DNA of 64,000 nt from Promethearchaeota archaeon (GTDB lineage Archaea; Asgardarchaeota; Lokiarchaeia; Sigyniarchaeales; SOKP01). The stretch covers positions 440,142 through 504,141 of the forward strand of contig JAEOUA010000010.1 in NCBI GenBank assembly GCA_016839555.1, read 5' to 3'. A model generated the notes under the pieces. That model searched no databases. It was not told the DNA's origin and saw only the letters and a program-made list of their open reading frames with translations. Below are positions 1 through 9,916 of the stretch, piece by piece. The position numbers were made by a program, and so were the translations under genes. Positions within the stretch are counted from its first letter, which is position 1, and each line of letters opens with the position of its first letter.

Positions 1-583
1 TTACACCAAGAACTAGAGATTCAAATATTGCTGTAAAGCTTGAACCGATTAATGCTTGAAGTGAAGCTTTTGCGGTTTGCCCCATTCCAATTTTATCCCC
101 AATATAGTGGATGTCTTTAGCCACAGCTTCAAAAACTGGTTTACAATCCTCAAAAACTTCTTTTTTAGCTACTGTCATGAAGGTTAAAGTCCCATTCTCA
201 GCACCGGATTTACCGCCACTGACAGGCGTATCAACAAGATTAATACCCTTACTAAGGATTGGTTCTTCAAGCTCAATCACTTCAGGTGGATTAATTGTTG
301 CGGATACAACAATAGTAGATCCTTCCTTCATGCCCACAAGCAATCCATCTTTTCCAAAGACCACTTCTTTCACTTGGGCGCCATTAAGAACCATAATAAA
401 TACGATGTTTGATTTTTCACCAACTTCTCTGCAACTTGCAGCAGGTTTACCTCCTAATTTAGATAACATCTCAAGACGATCTGCTTTAAGATCATATCCT
501 GTGAGTTCAAATCCGTTTTTAATGAGATTTTTGGCCATTCCGATACCCATATTGCCAAGACCAATTATACCAACTTTTTTCAT
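1..583 (-). CDS. NAD(P)-dependent oxidoreductase, 3-hydroxyisobutyrate/tartronate-semialdehyde/L-threonate dehydrogenase family (3' end outside window)
   Basis: Manual translation from CAT at 581-583: MKKVGIIGLGNMGIGMAKNLIKNGFELTGYDL..., Rossmann GxGxxG, later DTPVSGG motif; not in ORF track because it runs off the window. Confidence 0.9.
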   Translation of the reverse strand, partial: MKKVGIIGLGNMGIGMAKNLIKNGFELTGYDLKADRLEMLSKLGGKPAASCREVGEKSNIVFIMVLNGAQVKEVVFGKDGLLVGMKEGSTIVVSATINPPEVIELEEPILSKGINLVDTPVSGGKSGAENGTLTFMTVAKKEVFEDCKPVFEAVAKDIHYIGDKIGMGQTAKASLQALIGSSFTAIFESLVLGV

Positions 584-710
584 AAAATCACGCTAAAATT
601 GTTATTGAGATATAAATTTTTCAGTTGAATTAAATTTAAGCATTTTGAAGTCAGTTAAGAAGTTAAAAATATAAATTTTTTATTGATAAAAAATTACATC
701 TGAAATAATA

Positions 711-1871
711 ATGAATAAGTTTAAAAGGAAATTAATGAACCTCGGTCTTAAATATGTAAAACCAAGGATCCATGATAAAAAGGTTCAACACATAATTAAG
801 GACTACAATCTGCCAGATCCTCTAATTTTCCAAAATGGAGAGAAAGTCATTGATAAAAAACAATGGATCGAGAAGAGAAGGGCAGAAATCTTACACTTAT
901 TTAAAGAAAATGTATATGGAAAAATCCCAACTGAAGCGGTTGAAACCAATTATAATATTATAAATGAAGATAAAAAAGCACTAAATGGATTTGCTACAAG
1001 AAAGGCAATCAAAATAACTTTTAGGCGTGGTAGACGACAGATTGATGCCAAATTGCAAATATATGTACCAAATAATGTAGATAGGCCTGTCCCTGCTTTT
1101 GTAGGCCTACCAAATTGGTGGCTTGGTTACAAGAGAAGTCTTTGGCCATTCAAGCATGTTATCCAAAGGGGATATGCACTCGCAACAGCAAGATTTGGGG
1201 ATTTTGATCCTAATAGTGATAATTTTAAAAATGGTGTTCATCCTTTGTTTTACAAAGAAGGACAAACTCGACCATTAGAAAATGAATGGGGTACTATTGG
1301 AGCATGGTCTTGGGGGCTAATAGAACTCATGAATTATTTTGAATCGGATTCTGATATTGATCAGAACCGTATAGCCGTGTTAGGGCACTCTCGAATGGGA
1401 AAGGCCGCTTTATGGGCTGGTGTTAATGATGAACGTTTCTCAATTGTCATATCAAATAATTCGGGCTGTTGTGGAGCTGCGTTATTTCGTAGAAAAATTG
1501 GAGAGACGATTAAAATGATTAATGAATGTTTTCCACATTGGTTATGTTTTAATTTTAAGAAATATAATAATAGAGAATTTAATCTTCCTGTAGATCAGCA
1601 CATACTTATAGCTTTGGTTGCACCTCGACCCGTTTATATTGCTAGCGGACAAGACGACATTTGGGCTGATCCTATAGGGGAATTTCTTTCTGCAAAGCAT
1701 GCAGATCCTGTATATAAATTGCTCGGAACTACAGGATTGGGTACTGATAAAATGCCTAAAATTAATGAGCCTATAATGAGTACGATTGGTTATCATATTC
1801 GGCAAGGAGGACATAAATTATCCTTATATGATTGGCATAGATATATGGATTTTGCTGATTTGTATCTTTAA
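711..1871 (+). CDS. CE15-family glucuronoyl esterase-like alpha/beta hydrolase
   Basis: GHSRMGKAALWAG nucleophile motif, WGTIGAWSWG, SNNSGCCGAAL, LPVDQH..ALVAPRP, WADP.GEF. Confidence 0.88.
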   Translation: MNKFKRKLMNLGLKYVKPRIHDKKVQHIIKDYNLPDPLIFQNGEKVIDKKQWIEKRRAEILHLFKENVYGKIPTEAVETNYNIINEDKKALNGFATRKAIKITFRRGRRQIDAKLQIYVPNNVDRPVPAFVGLPNWWLGYKRSLWPFKHVIQRGYALATARFGDFDPNSDNFKNGVHPLFYKEGQTRPLENEWGTIGAWSWGLIELMNYFESDSDIDQNRIAVLGHSRMGKAALWAGVNDERFSIVISNNSGCCGAALFRRKIGETIKMINECFPHWLCFNFKKYNNREFNLPVDQHILIALVAPRPVYIASGQDDIWADPIGEFLSAKHADPVYKLLGTTGLGTDKMPKINEPIMSTIGYHIRQGGHKLSLYDWHRYMDFADLYL

Positions 1872-2472
1872 TGCGCATCTAATTGGAAAAAGATTTTCTG
1901 GGAATTTTACGTCCTACCTTCTGGGTGTCAATTTTTTCATTCATTTTATTTTTATTTCACCTGTTTACCGCATTTTACCATAAATTTACTCTATTTTCTT
2001 ATTTTTCTTTGCCCTACTATTTTTTCGGTTTTCATCTATAAAAATATTAAATTTTAGTTTGATTTTTTCTTATATTTTCGTATTTTACTCAAAATCAAAA
2101 TCTACATTTGAAGAATAAAGGTATAATTCCGATAAGCTTCAATAATAAATTCAACTACAGTATCATTAATTCTTTTGAATTATAAATTATAATTTTAAGT
2201 TAACTTTCTCTCCTTGATATTCTATCGTAGCCCCAATTCTACCTGATGGTGAAATTCCAAAACCATTCTGTTCATTCACCAAAATTATATTTGATAGTTT
2301 TGACATCTTAAATCAGAACTCTTTTCTTTTTTTCTAAACTAATAGTCTTAAATAATACTCTTAAAATATTATTAAATTTTTGGTTATATAATCATAGATC
2401 TAATTAGAAATAATTTTTTATTAAAAAAAGGAAAAAGAATAAAATAACATAAATATTTAAGAATTGATTACA

Positions 2473-3278
2473 ATGTCTAAAAGAAAGAATAACAGTAGGC
2501 AAGAAAGAGATAGTACAATCCATAAAGTTCCATTTAGTCAAAAGGCTTATTATGGAATTTCAATGGCAGGATTTACATTTATAGGGAGTATGATTGATGG
2601 GGCAATGTTAAAATTATATACCGATTTTATATTATTTCCCGCTCTTTTGTTTGGAATCGTGCAATTATTATTTTCAATTATAAATGCCATTAATGATCCG
2701 ATAATAGGATATTTTTCAGATCGAACTACACCTGTTGAAGGGAAAGGAAAACGAAAGATATGGTTATTTAGAGCCATTCCTCTAGTGGCTATTGGATATT
2801 TTTTAATGATTTTCATGAATCCCGACGTTCCTCACATGGCAATCTTTATTTTTTTACTTATTGGCCTAGTTCTTCATGACACTGGACATGCCATGAATAG
2901 TATTAATAGAGGAGCCCTTATGATTACGGTCACGGATGATGATATTGAGAGAGCTTCATTTGCAACAATAAGCTTAGTATTCCAAACAATTTTAGGTATT
3001 ATTTCTTACCTGTTAATATTGCTATTTGTTATAGGAACTACTCCTTTATGGGTTCTCTATATCTTGTTTACTATTGTGGGAGTTATTGGTATGGGAGTTG
3101 CATTTTTAGGTGTGAGTGGGATAAAAGAACCTTCCAAATTATACTACGGACAAACATTTCCTAAATTTAAACAATTAATAAAGGAAGTTTTTAAATCGAA
3201 ATCATTTATTTTTTCATCATTCTTCAATTTGTAGTGGGTGCCGTTACCTCGACAGTTATAACCTTTCAGGTTTTTTAA
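2473..3278 (+). pseudogene. GPH (MelB-like) MFS sugar transporter, frameshifted and truncated after about TM7
   Basis: NAINDPIIGYFSDRT and GKRKIW motifs; only N-half present; adding one T to T6 run at 3209-3214 gives FIFFIILQFVVG, matching FRYFVLVQFLL of the intact paralog at 54641-56005; that frame stops at 3276-3278. Confidence 0.75.
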
Positions 3279-3285
3279 CGCTCAG

Positions 3286-4335
3286 ATGATTAGCATGTTT
3301 CAAAAAAATCCTTCTTTTTTCATAAAAATCCTTCAAGATCCTCGTATTCTTGAAAAAATTGTGGGAGGATCGTTTAAAAAAGCTACTAGCCTTCATAAAA
3401 AATTTAATTATGATATGTTTATGGCTCTTCCTGGTGTTCCAATGATTTGTTCATTCGAAAAAATAATGCAAGATTTCACTATTGAAGAAAATAATAAAGT
3501 GATAAGAGGACCAGATGGGAGACTTGTATGGCGTACCAGCCCTGATGGAGCACATACAAGACATGGATTTATGCAATCTCCTGAAGATTGGGAGAAATAT
3601 ATGGAATTTGATGCTGATCATCGTGGAAATTATGCCTTAGTAAAAAGCACAGTTAAAGCGTGTAAGGAAATGTCAATTTGTCCTTTTTTTTTCCTATTTG
3701 GATCTGGCTTCTTTGAAGAATTATGTGGCATGTTTGGATTTGAAACATTATTCAAGCTATTAATAAAGGATAAGAACTTCATTAAAAAAGCTGTTAAAGA
3801 AATGAGCGAATATACCATCTCAGTAGGAGAGAAAATTATTGAAGAAGGGGGCGAATATGTATATATGAGCAATGATTTAGGACTTAAAGGAACAAGTATC
3901 ATTTCACCTCGCATGTTCAGAGAACTCTTCAAACCAAGTATCAAGAAGTTCTGCAATAAAATACATAACTGTGGGGGCAAGGTATTGATGCATTCTTGTG
4001 GGTATGTGATGAACCTGCTTCCAGATTTTGTTGAGATGGGAATTGATGCCCTCCATCCAATAGAAAAGGCTGCGGGAAATGATATAGTAGATATAAAGAA
4101 AAAATATGGAAAAGACTTAACATTAATAGGAAATGTTCCCATTCCTCTATTAAGTCATGGAACTCCAGAAGAAGTCACTGAATACGTGAAATATCTGTTA
4201 GAAAATGTGTCTAAAGAGGGGGGGCATATTTTTTCTTCATCACATTCCATAACCAAATGGTGCAAGTTAGAAAACTTTTTAGCCTACAGCAAGGCAGTTA
4301 ATGATTTTGGAACATATCCCATCAAAATTAGTTAA
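3286..4335 (+). CDS. Uroporphyrinogen decarboxylase/MtaA-CmuA family TIM-barrel protein, probably N-terminally truncated
   Basis: SNDLG, ISPRMFRELFKP, MHSCG, DALHPIE, LIGNV, GGHIFSSSHSI motifs; typical N-terminal segment absent. Confidence 0.85.
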   Translation: MISMFQKNPSFFIKILQDPRILEKIVGGSFKKATSLHKKFNYDMFMALPGVPMICSFEKIMQDFTIEENNKVIRGPDGRLVWRTSPDGAHTRHGFMQSPEDWEKYMEFDADHRGNYALVKSTVKACKEMSICPFFFLFGSGFFEELCGMFGFETLFKLLIKDKNFIKKAVKEMSEYTISVGEKIIEEGGEYVYMSNDLGLKGTSIISPRMFRELFKPSIKKFCNKIHNCGGKVLMHSCGYVMNLLPDFVEMGIDALHPIEKAAGNDIVDIKKKYGKDLTLIGNVPIPLLSHGTPEEVTEYVKYLLENVSKEGGHIFSSSHSITKWCKLENFLAYSKAVNDFGTYPIKIS

Positions 4336-4680
4336 AAAAAAGGATAAATATTTCCCATAAAACAAATTATTTTTTATCATTCATTTTCTTGATTTTATAA
4401 GATAATTTTAGAAATTCATTAAAAAATCATTAACTTCTGGTTTTTTCTTTAGGAATGCAAAAAGACTCGATCTTTTCTAATTAAAGGAGTTAAATGAAAA
4501 TTATACTAAATACATAAATCCAATCCCCGCCTAATTATTACTTTAAATGATTTTTAAATGAAAAACCCTTACTTAACAAAATAGTTATAATTAACAAGAT
4601 GTCTGGTTAATTGGACAAAAATTAGACAATCACGAAAGATAGCTTCGTCAGTTTTGAATTAGTAAGGTAAAATAAAAACA

Positions 4681-6006
4681 TTATTTAAAATTAGGTAAAT
4701 ATTTTTTTTGTACTCCCTTCATCTCATTAAATATTGCTTCAGCCATTTCAAAACTGCCACAATTCACATCAATTGCTAAACAATCAATTGCTAGTTGCTT
4801 CGATTCTTGCAATATAGCCTCAACACATAAATCTTGAATAGAAGCTTCTATACGTAAGATTGCCGCAATATTTTTAGGAATGTTCCCCAATTTTACTCCA
4901 TGAACCCCCTCCTTATTTACAGTTCCGGAACATTCGATTACAAGATCTTGAGGAAGGTTGTCGATAATCCCATTATTGGGTATATTAACAGCAATTTCAT
5001 AAGAATTACTATCTTTTATTATAGCTTCGATTATGGGGATTGCTCTCTCTCCAGATGGTTCTTTCAATAACATACCTTTTTTAGGATATCTTCCTTTCTT
5101 TAATCTTTTATGATACCTCTTGAATCGATCAGTACCCCCTTTATTGGCTTGTTCCATCATTGTAATCCAGTCTGTTAAATCTTGTTGTGTAGTATATTGA
5201 GATCCTATCTGTAAATATTCACAAATATGATTATCGCCGACATAAGGAAACCATCCAAACATTTTATATATCTCAAATGTAAGATCAGCAAAATGAAATC
5301 TATCCCACTTATCTTTAAAATACTCCATACATTTTATATTAAATTCAGGGATTAAATCAACACCGGATTTTAAATCTTTTAATCCAAGTAAAAAGGCAAA
5401 ATGATTAAGTCCTCCAGTAATTAGCTGCATCTCATTTAAATCTCTATTCAACATAGCTTGTATGTGATGCGAAGTTAAAAGTCCTATTTGGTGGCAAAGG
5501 CCAAGCATTTTCAATTTAGGAACCTCTCTTTTCAACGCAAGACATATACGTGATACAGGATTTGAATAATTTATAAAGAAAGCATCAGGACATATTCTTT
5601 GAACATCTTTAGCTATCTTGACAATTTCTGGAATTTGACGGGCACTATGGAAGAATCCTCCCGCACCACCATTTTCACCCATTCTTTCAGTAGTCCCATG
5701 TTTTCTTGGGATTGTATTATCTTGCCAACGTAATTCAAATCGATCTCCATGTTCTGTAGAATTAATAATAAAATCTGCTCCTTTTAAAGCTTTTTCTCTA
5801 TTTGTTGTAGATTCTATCGTAAATTTATTTCCAATTTTCTTATTATCTTCTGATACAACCTCGTACACCATCTGTAATTTATTTTCGTCTGTATCGACGA
5901 GCGTAATTGTAGAACCATCCAAAATCTCACTTCGGTTCAAGTCAATGAAGGTGGGTGGGCCAAAAGCAGGGCTCCCTGCTCCAATTAAAACAATTTTTAT
6001 ATCCAT
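4681..6006 (-). CDS. GH4 NAD+-dependent alpha-galactosidase/alpha-glucosidase
   Basis: IGAGS, GENGGAGG, INYSNP, GLCH, GLNHF, VNIPNNG.I.NLP motifs. Confidence 0.92.
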   Translation of the reverse strand: MDIKIVLIGAGSPAFGPPTFIDLNRSEILDGSTITLVDTDENKLQMVYEVVSEDNKKIGNKFTIESTTNREKALKGADFIINSTEHGDRFELRWQDNTIPRKHGTTERMGENGGAGGFFHSARQIPEIVKIAKDVQRICPDAFFINYSNPVSRICLALKREVPKLKMLGLCHQIGLLTSHHIQAMLNRDLNEMQLITGGLNHFAFLLGLKDLKSGVDLIPEFNIKCMEYFKDKWDRFHFADLTFEIYKMFGWFPYVGDNHICEYLQIGSQYTTQQDLTDWITMMEQANKGGTDRFKRYHKRLKKGRYPKKGMLLKEPSGERAIPIIEAIIKDSNSYEIAVNIPNNGIIDNLPQDLVIECSGTVNKEGVHGVKLGNIPKNIAAILRIEASIQDLCVEAILQESKQLAIDCLAIDVNCGSFEMAEAIFNEMKGVQKKYLPNFK

Positions 6007-6207
6007 TATATATCTTCAAATGAGAATAGAAAAATAAAATTCCTTAATTCTATTAAAATGAAAAAAATAGTATCTAAAAACCTCTAAAAAATATAATTTA
6101 TTTAATCTAATAACTCTCATAAATGTATCTTTATTTTATAACCGATTGATAAATAAGCAATCAAATTATGATGAAAATGAATAATAGAAAGAGATAAGGT
6201 TAAAATT

Positions 6208-6723
6208 ATGTCGATAAAGAAAGGAGATGTGATAAAAGTAGCATATACCTTATGGGATGGAGAAGGGAGATTACTTAGCTCTAGCGATGAGAGAGAAGAA
6301 AAACAGATAAAAATCCACATAGGAAGAGGTCAAGTTATACCAGAATTTGAACAAGCTCTCATTGGCATGGAAAAGGGAGAAGAAAAAGAATTTGTTTTAC
6401 AACCAAACGAAGCTTACGGAGAATTTAATCCATTATTAGTTGAAAAAATTCCCAGAGATAAATTATCAAATAAAGATGATGTGGATATGAAAATAGGAAA
6501 CAAAGTGGAAGTGATCGCTCCTAATGGAATGTCCTCTATGGGCTGGATAAGATTAATTGAGGATGATTTTATTATTGTCGATATGAATCCACCTTTAGCG
6601 GGAAGGATTCTAAAATTTAAAGTAAGAATAATTGATACTAATTTGGAGCCAGAACCGACCATCAATCCTTTTCTTTTTGGCATGAGCTGTGGAGATTCAT
6701 GCGATCATGACCAAAATCATTAA
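6208..6723 (+). CDS. slyD: FKBP-type peptidyl-prolyl isomerase, SlyD type
   Basis: G.GQVIPEFEQAL.GM, P.EAYGE, DMNPPLAG.L.F, short Cys/His tail. Confidence 0.9.
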   Translation: MSIKKGDVIKVAYTLWDGEGRLLSSSDEREEKQIKIHIGRGQVIPEFEQALIGMEKGEEKEFVLQPNEAYGEFNPLLVEKIPRDKLSNKDDVDMKIGNKVEVIAPNGMSSMGWIRLIEDDFIIVDMNPPLAGRILKFKVRIIDTNLEPEPTINPFLFGMSCGDSCDHDQNH

Positions 6724-6784
6724 ATTAAAGAAAAAGACTAATTAAATATTAATAAGATTTATAATATTAAAAATTTCAATTTAT

Positions 6785-7585
6785 TCATTTAAATCCTTGT
6801 AAAAACGAATCAACATTCTTACCCAGCACATCATGGTTATATCCGCCTTCCATTAGAGCAAATCTCCGTCCCTTACATAATTTTTCTGAATATTTCTTCA
6901 TCAATTCTCCTAAATGAGTGTAGTCCTCCGGATATAATAAACCACCCCAATCATCTATTCCCTGATCGAATCCCGCTGATGCGGCGAAAATATCAATATC
7001 TTTAAGATTATTCATATAAGTTTCTACTTCTTCAATATATTGTTGATTAGTAGAGGCATCAGGATTCAATATCTCAACTTTAAACCTATCTTTTCGATTT
7101 GCAAGAATGTTAATATTTCCATTTCAAGAGATTATATGAAAGATATAATCTTCCCCTGTGTGCAAATCGAAATCCAATATGAACGCAGATTTGATCTTAT
7201 TTTCAGAAAATAGTCTTAAGAGACTGATACTCATATTGTTAAAGAAGCAAAACCCCCAACAAGAATTGGCAGAGGCATGGTGTCCTGGAGGTCTTATTAA
7301 AGCAAATGTTGGATTTCCTTCATATGCCTCTTCAGCAGCCAAGATGGCACCTCCAGCAGCTAAAGAAGCCATTTCAAATAAGAGATCTCTTCTTTTTATA
7401 TAATTATAATGACTTTCTGTATGCGCTCTGAGAATATTTTCTTTTGAAGCGGGTTCTGGAGTAATTATTTCATATTCGGGGTTTTTAGAGAGTACATTCA
7501 TTATGCTTTGAATCCTTCCGCTTGATGCGGCAGGGTCCATTGCATAGTCAGAAGTATAAAATTTTTCATGAAAAACAATTTTCAT
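6785..7585 (-). CDS. Zn-dependent histone deacetylase-family protein; two exons join(7153..7585,6785..7122), 256 aa after removal of a 30-nt intron
   Basis: RPPGHHA, GFCFFNN, DFDLHTG|DGN, SAGFD, EGGYN motifs; both track ORFs are in the same frame and separated only by a 30-nt insert containing TGA. Confidence 0.9.
7123..7152 (-). other. Putative bulge-helix-bulge (tRNA-type) intron in a protein-coding gene
   Basis: mRNA: ..UUGCACA CAGG GG^A AGAUUAUAU CUUUC AUAUAAUCU CUUG AA^A UGGAAAU..; 4-bp central helix CAGG/CUUG, 3-nt bulges GGA and AAA, 9-bp inner stem; canonical cuts give GGG GAU GGA AAU (G-D-G-N). Confidence 0.82.
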
Positions 7586-7674
7586 CTATAGTCACTAATT
7601 TCTTTTATATATGGGTTCTAAAAATATTTTAGGAATTTTCTAATTATTTTTATGGTTAATTATAATTTTAAATT

Positions 7675-8898
7675 TTAAAATTTCATGACTTCAATGGGAA
7701 AATGTTCCTTTAATTTTTTCAATATCTCATTTATATGGTGTTGGTTTCGAGTTTCAATCTCTAAAATTACTTCTGCTTGTTTATACTCTAATTCTAATTT
7801 TTCTCGTTCATGAATAATTGAAATAATATTTCCTTTTTCTTCCGCAATCACTCTTAAAACATTCAATAATGCTCCAGGAACATCTGAAACTTTAGTTTTA
7901 AATTTTAATAATCTTCCCGCTTTTATTAAGCCTTTTTTAATAATTCGATTTAAAAGATTGGGGGTTAAATTTCCACCGGAAATAATAACTGCTACATTTT
8001 TATTTGTAATATTCAATTTCTTACTCAATAATGCCGCAAGTCCCGCAGCGCCCGCACCTTCCACATATATTTTAGACCGCTCTAATAATAATAAAATAGC
8101 ATTAGCCACTTCTTCATCTGACACTAAGAGAATATCATCTACATATTCTTTAATCATCTCTAGAGTCATATCTCCTGGTTTTTTCACAGCTATTCCATCG
8201 CAAATAGTATCCTTCATTTCTAATGGTTTTAAGTCTTTACCTTTAAAAGCTTCAAACATAAAAGGAGCTTTATCAGATTGAACTCCTATTATTTTAATAT
8301 TTGAATTTAATTTTTTACAATAAGAACTAATTCCACTAATCAATCCCCCTCCTCCTATTGGACAGAGAATATATTCGATTTCTGGAAATTGTTCTAAAAC
8401 TTCTAAGCCAATAGTTGCTTGTCCTTTTATAATATTCATGTCATTAAACGCATGAATGAAGATGAGATCCTCCTCATTTTTGATTTCAAGTGCTTTTTGG
8501 TAAGCATCATCATAAGTCATGCCATGTTCTACAACTTTCCCTTTATCATTGTAATTTTTAATCGCTTCGATTTTAACGATTGGTGAATTTTCAGGAACAA
8601 CAATTGTAGAATTTATATCAAATAATTTTGCTGCCAAAGCTACCGCTTGTCCGTGATTTCCCGCAGATGCTGTAATGACTCCCTTTTTTCTCTCCGTTTC
8701 TGGGAGGTTTGAAATTTTATTATAGGCCCCTCTTATTTTAAACGATCCTGTTCTCTGAAAATTTTCTAATTTTAGAAAAACTTGGTTGTTTGTCAATACA
8801 GAAAAGGTATGGCTTCTTTCTAATGGGGTATAATGGATAATTCCAGTCAAATTTTTTCTTATAGTCTCAATTTCTTCAATATAATCCTTTTCACTCAT
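7675..8898 (-). CDS. ilvA: Threonine ammonia-lyase with C-terminal ACT domain
   Basis: KLENFQRTGSFKIRGA PLP-lysine, ASAGNHGQA, PIGGGGL, SGGN, ACT-like DVPGAL. Confidence 0.93.
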   Translation of the reverse strand: MSEKDYIEEIETIRKNLTGIIHYTPLERSHTFSVLTNNQVFLKLENFQRTGSFKIRGAYNKISNLPETERKKGVITASAGNHGQAVALAAKLFDINSTIVVPENSPIVKIEAIKNYNDKGKVVEHGMTYDDAYQKALEIKNEEDLIFIHAFNDMNIIKGQATIGLEVLEQFPEIEYILCPIGGGGLISGISSYCKKLNSNIKIIGVQSDKAPFMFEAFKGKDLKPLEMKDTICDGIAVKKPGDMTLEMIKEYVDDILLVSDEEVANAILLLLERSKIYVEGAGAAGLAALLSKKLNITNKNVAVIISGGNLTPNLLNRIIKKGLIKAGRLLKFKTKVSDVPGALLNVLRVIAEEKGNIISIIHEREKLELEYKQAEVILEIETRNQHHINEILKKLKEHFPIEVMKF

Positions 8899-9019
8899 CT
8901 TTTTTTATCTATTCAAAATATTAGTTTTGAAAACATCTATACAAATTATAATAATAGAAAGTAAGTAATAAAAAAATAGATTTTAGAGTTTTAATAATTA
9001 TATTTCGATATGAATAACC

Positions 9020-9604
9020 TTATAGAGGTTTAGCAAGAATCGCTTTTACCCGTAGTTTATCAAATTCACTTGTAGGAGCAGGCTTTATCAAGCAAACAGT
9101 ATCGGCCCCCCTCCCTGTACCTCCTATACATAGAATATCCCTATCAAGGTCGGAAATTAAACCTCCATCCACCGCCATTGAAGCGATCTCGATACAAACT
9201 TTAACACCTTGACTAAATTGTGCACGTAAAAATTGCGCAAGGAGTTCAATAAAGCCCCATTGGTTAAAATTCTTTCTTATCCCTCGTTCAATGCCACCCA
9301 TTGAATGGGTTCCAGTTATTATTTTAAGTCCCTTGCTTTTTAATATTTCTAATTTATCTTCGGGAAGCTCTTGTCTCTTCTTAGAGCCCATAAAATAATA
9401 TGAATGGGTAACAGTAATAATATTATAGTTTTCAAGATTGAATAATTCTGCTGCTTTTTCTGCTGTAGTCCCTGTTGTACTTGCTATAACTATATCGTTT
9501 ATATTAAATTTATCCGCGTATTCTTTCGCAATCGCTAATGTTTGATCTGTATTATGAGGGCCTCCTCTCTCAAAATATGTAACTTCACATTTTAAATCTG
9601 CCAT
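9020..9604 (-). CDS. Pyruvate-kinase C-terminal-like alpha/beta domain protein (MTH1675/AF0103 type)
   Basis: YF..GPHNT..TL, VIASTTGTTA, GVKVCIEIASMAVDGG, GGTGRGADT. Confidence 0.85.
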   Translation of the reverse strand: MADLKCEVTYFERGGPHNTDQTLAIAKEYADKFNINDIVIASTTGTTAEKAAELFNLENYNIITVTHSYYFMGSKKRQELPEDKLEILKSKGLKIITGTHSMGGIERGIRKNFNQWGFIELLAQFLRAQFSQGVKVCIEIASMAVDGGLISDLDRDILCIGGTGRGADTVCLIKPAPTSEFDKLRVKAILAKPL

Positions 9605-9916
9605 AAGGAATTCACTAATCTGTTTTATTTTCTTGTGAATAAACTAGTCTTTTGTAATTAAATAATTTTTATGAGTCCTAAACTTAATTATTTTAAATAA
9701 TAAAAATAATATTTCAATAGAATTAATTTTGGTGAACAACAAATCCTAAATCTCATAAATTTCATCTCTATCATGATTGGGGGTGATTTTCATAGAATAT
9801 ATACTCATCATATCTTAATCTGTGGGAATCTTTAATTTTTAGACCTAAGATATAAATATAGTGTTTAAATTCTACTATTAACCAAATATATTATTTAAAA
9901 ATATTTAATTCGGATT

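Noticed and set aside
111-596. Plus-strand 161-aa ORF and the many other short antisense or overlapping ORFs in the track (e.g. 3630-4142, 7958-8281, 14329-14619, 61314-61616)
   Set aside because: Shadows of well-supported genes on the opposite strand or in another frame; no recognisable motifs.
4644-4650. CTGACGA on the minus strand as a hammerhead ribozyme core
   Set aside because: No downstream GAAA core or stem II/III arrangement.
7124-7126. In-frame UGA in HDAC read as selenocysteine or readthrough
   Set aside because: Readthrough would leave 10 extra residues in the Zn-binding DxHxGDG motif, the position is not a Cys site, and no SECIS-like element is evident downstream; BHB excision explains it exactly.
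6785-7585. HDAC as a simple pseudogene or MITE insertion
   Set aside because: No target-site duplication, all catalytic motifs intact, and the insert pairs with exon sequence in exact BHB geometry; cannot be fully excluded without RNA data.
9740-9830. Possible C/D-box sRNA (ATGATGA on minus strand)
   Set aside because: No properly spaced CTGA D box.
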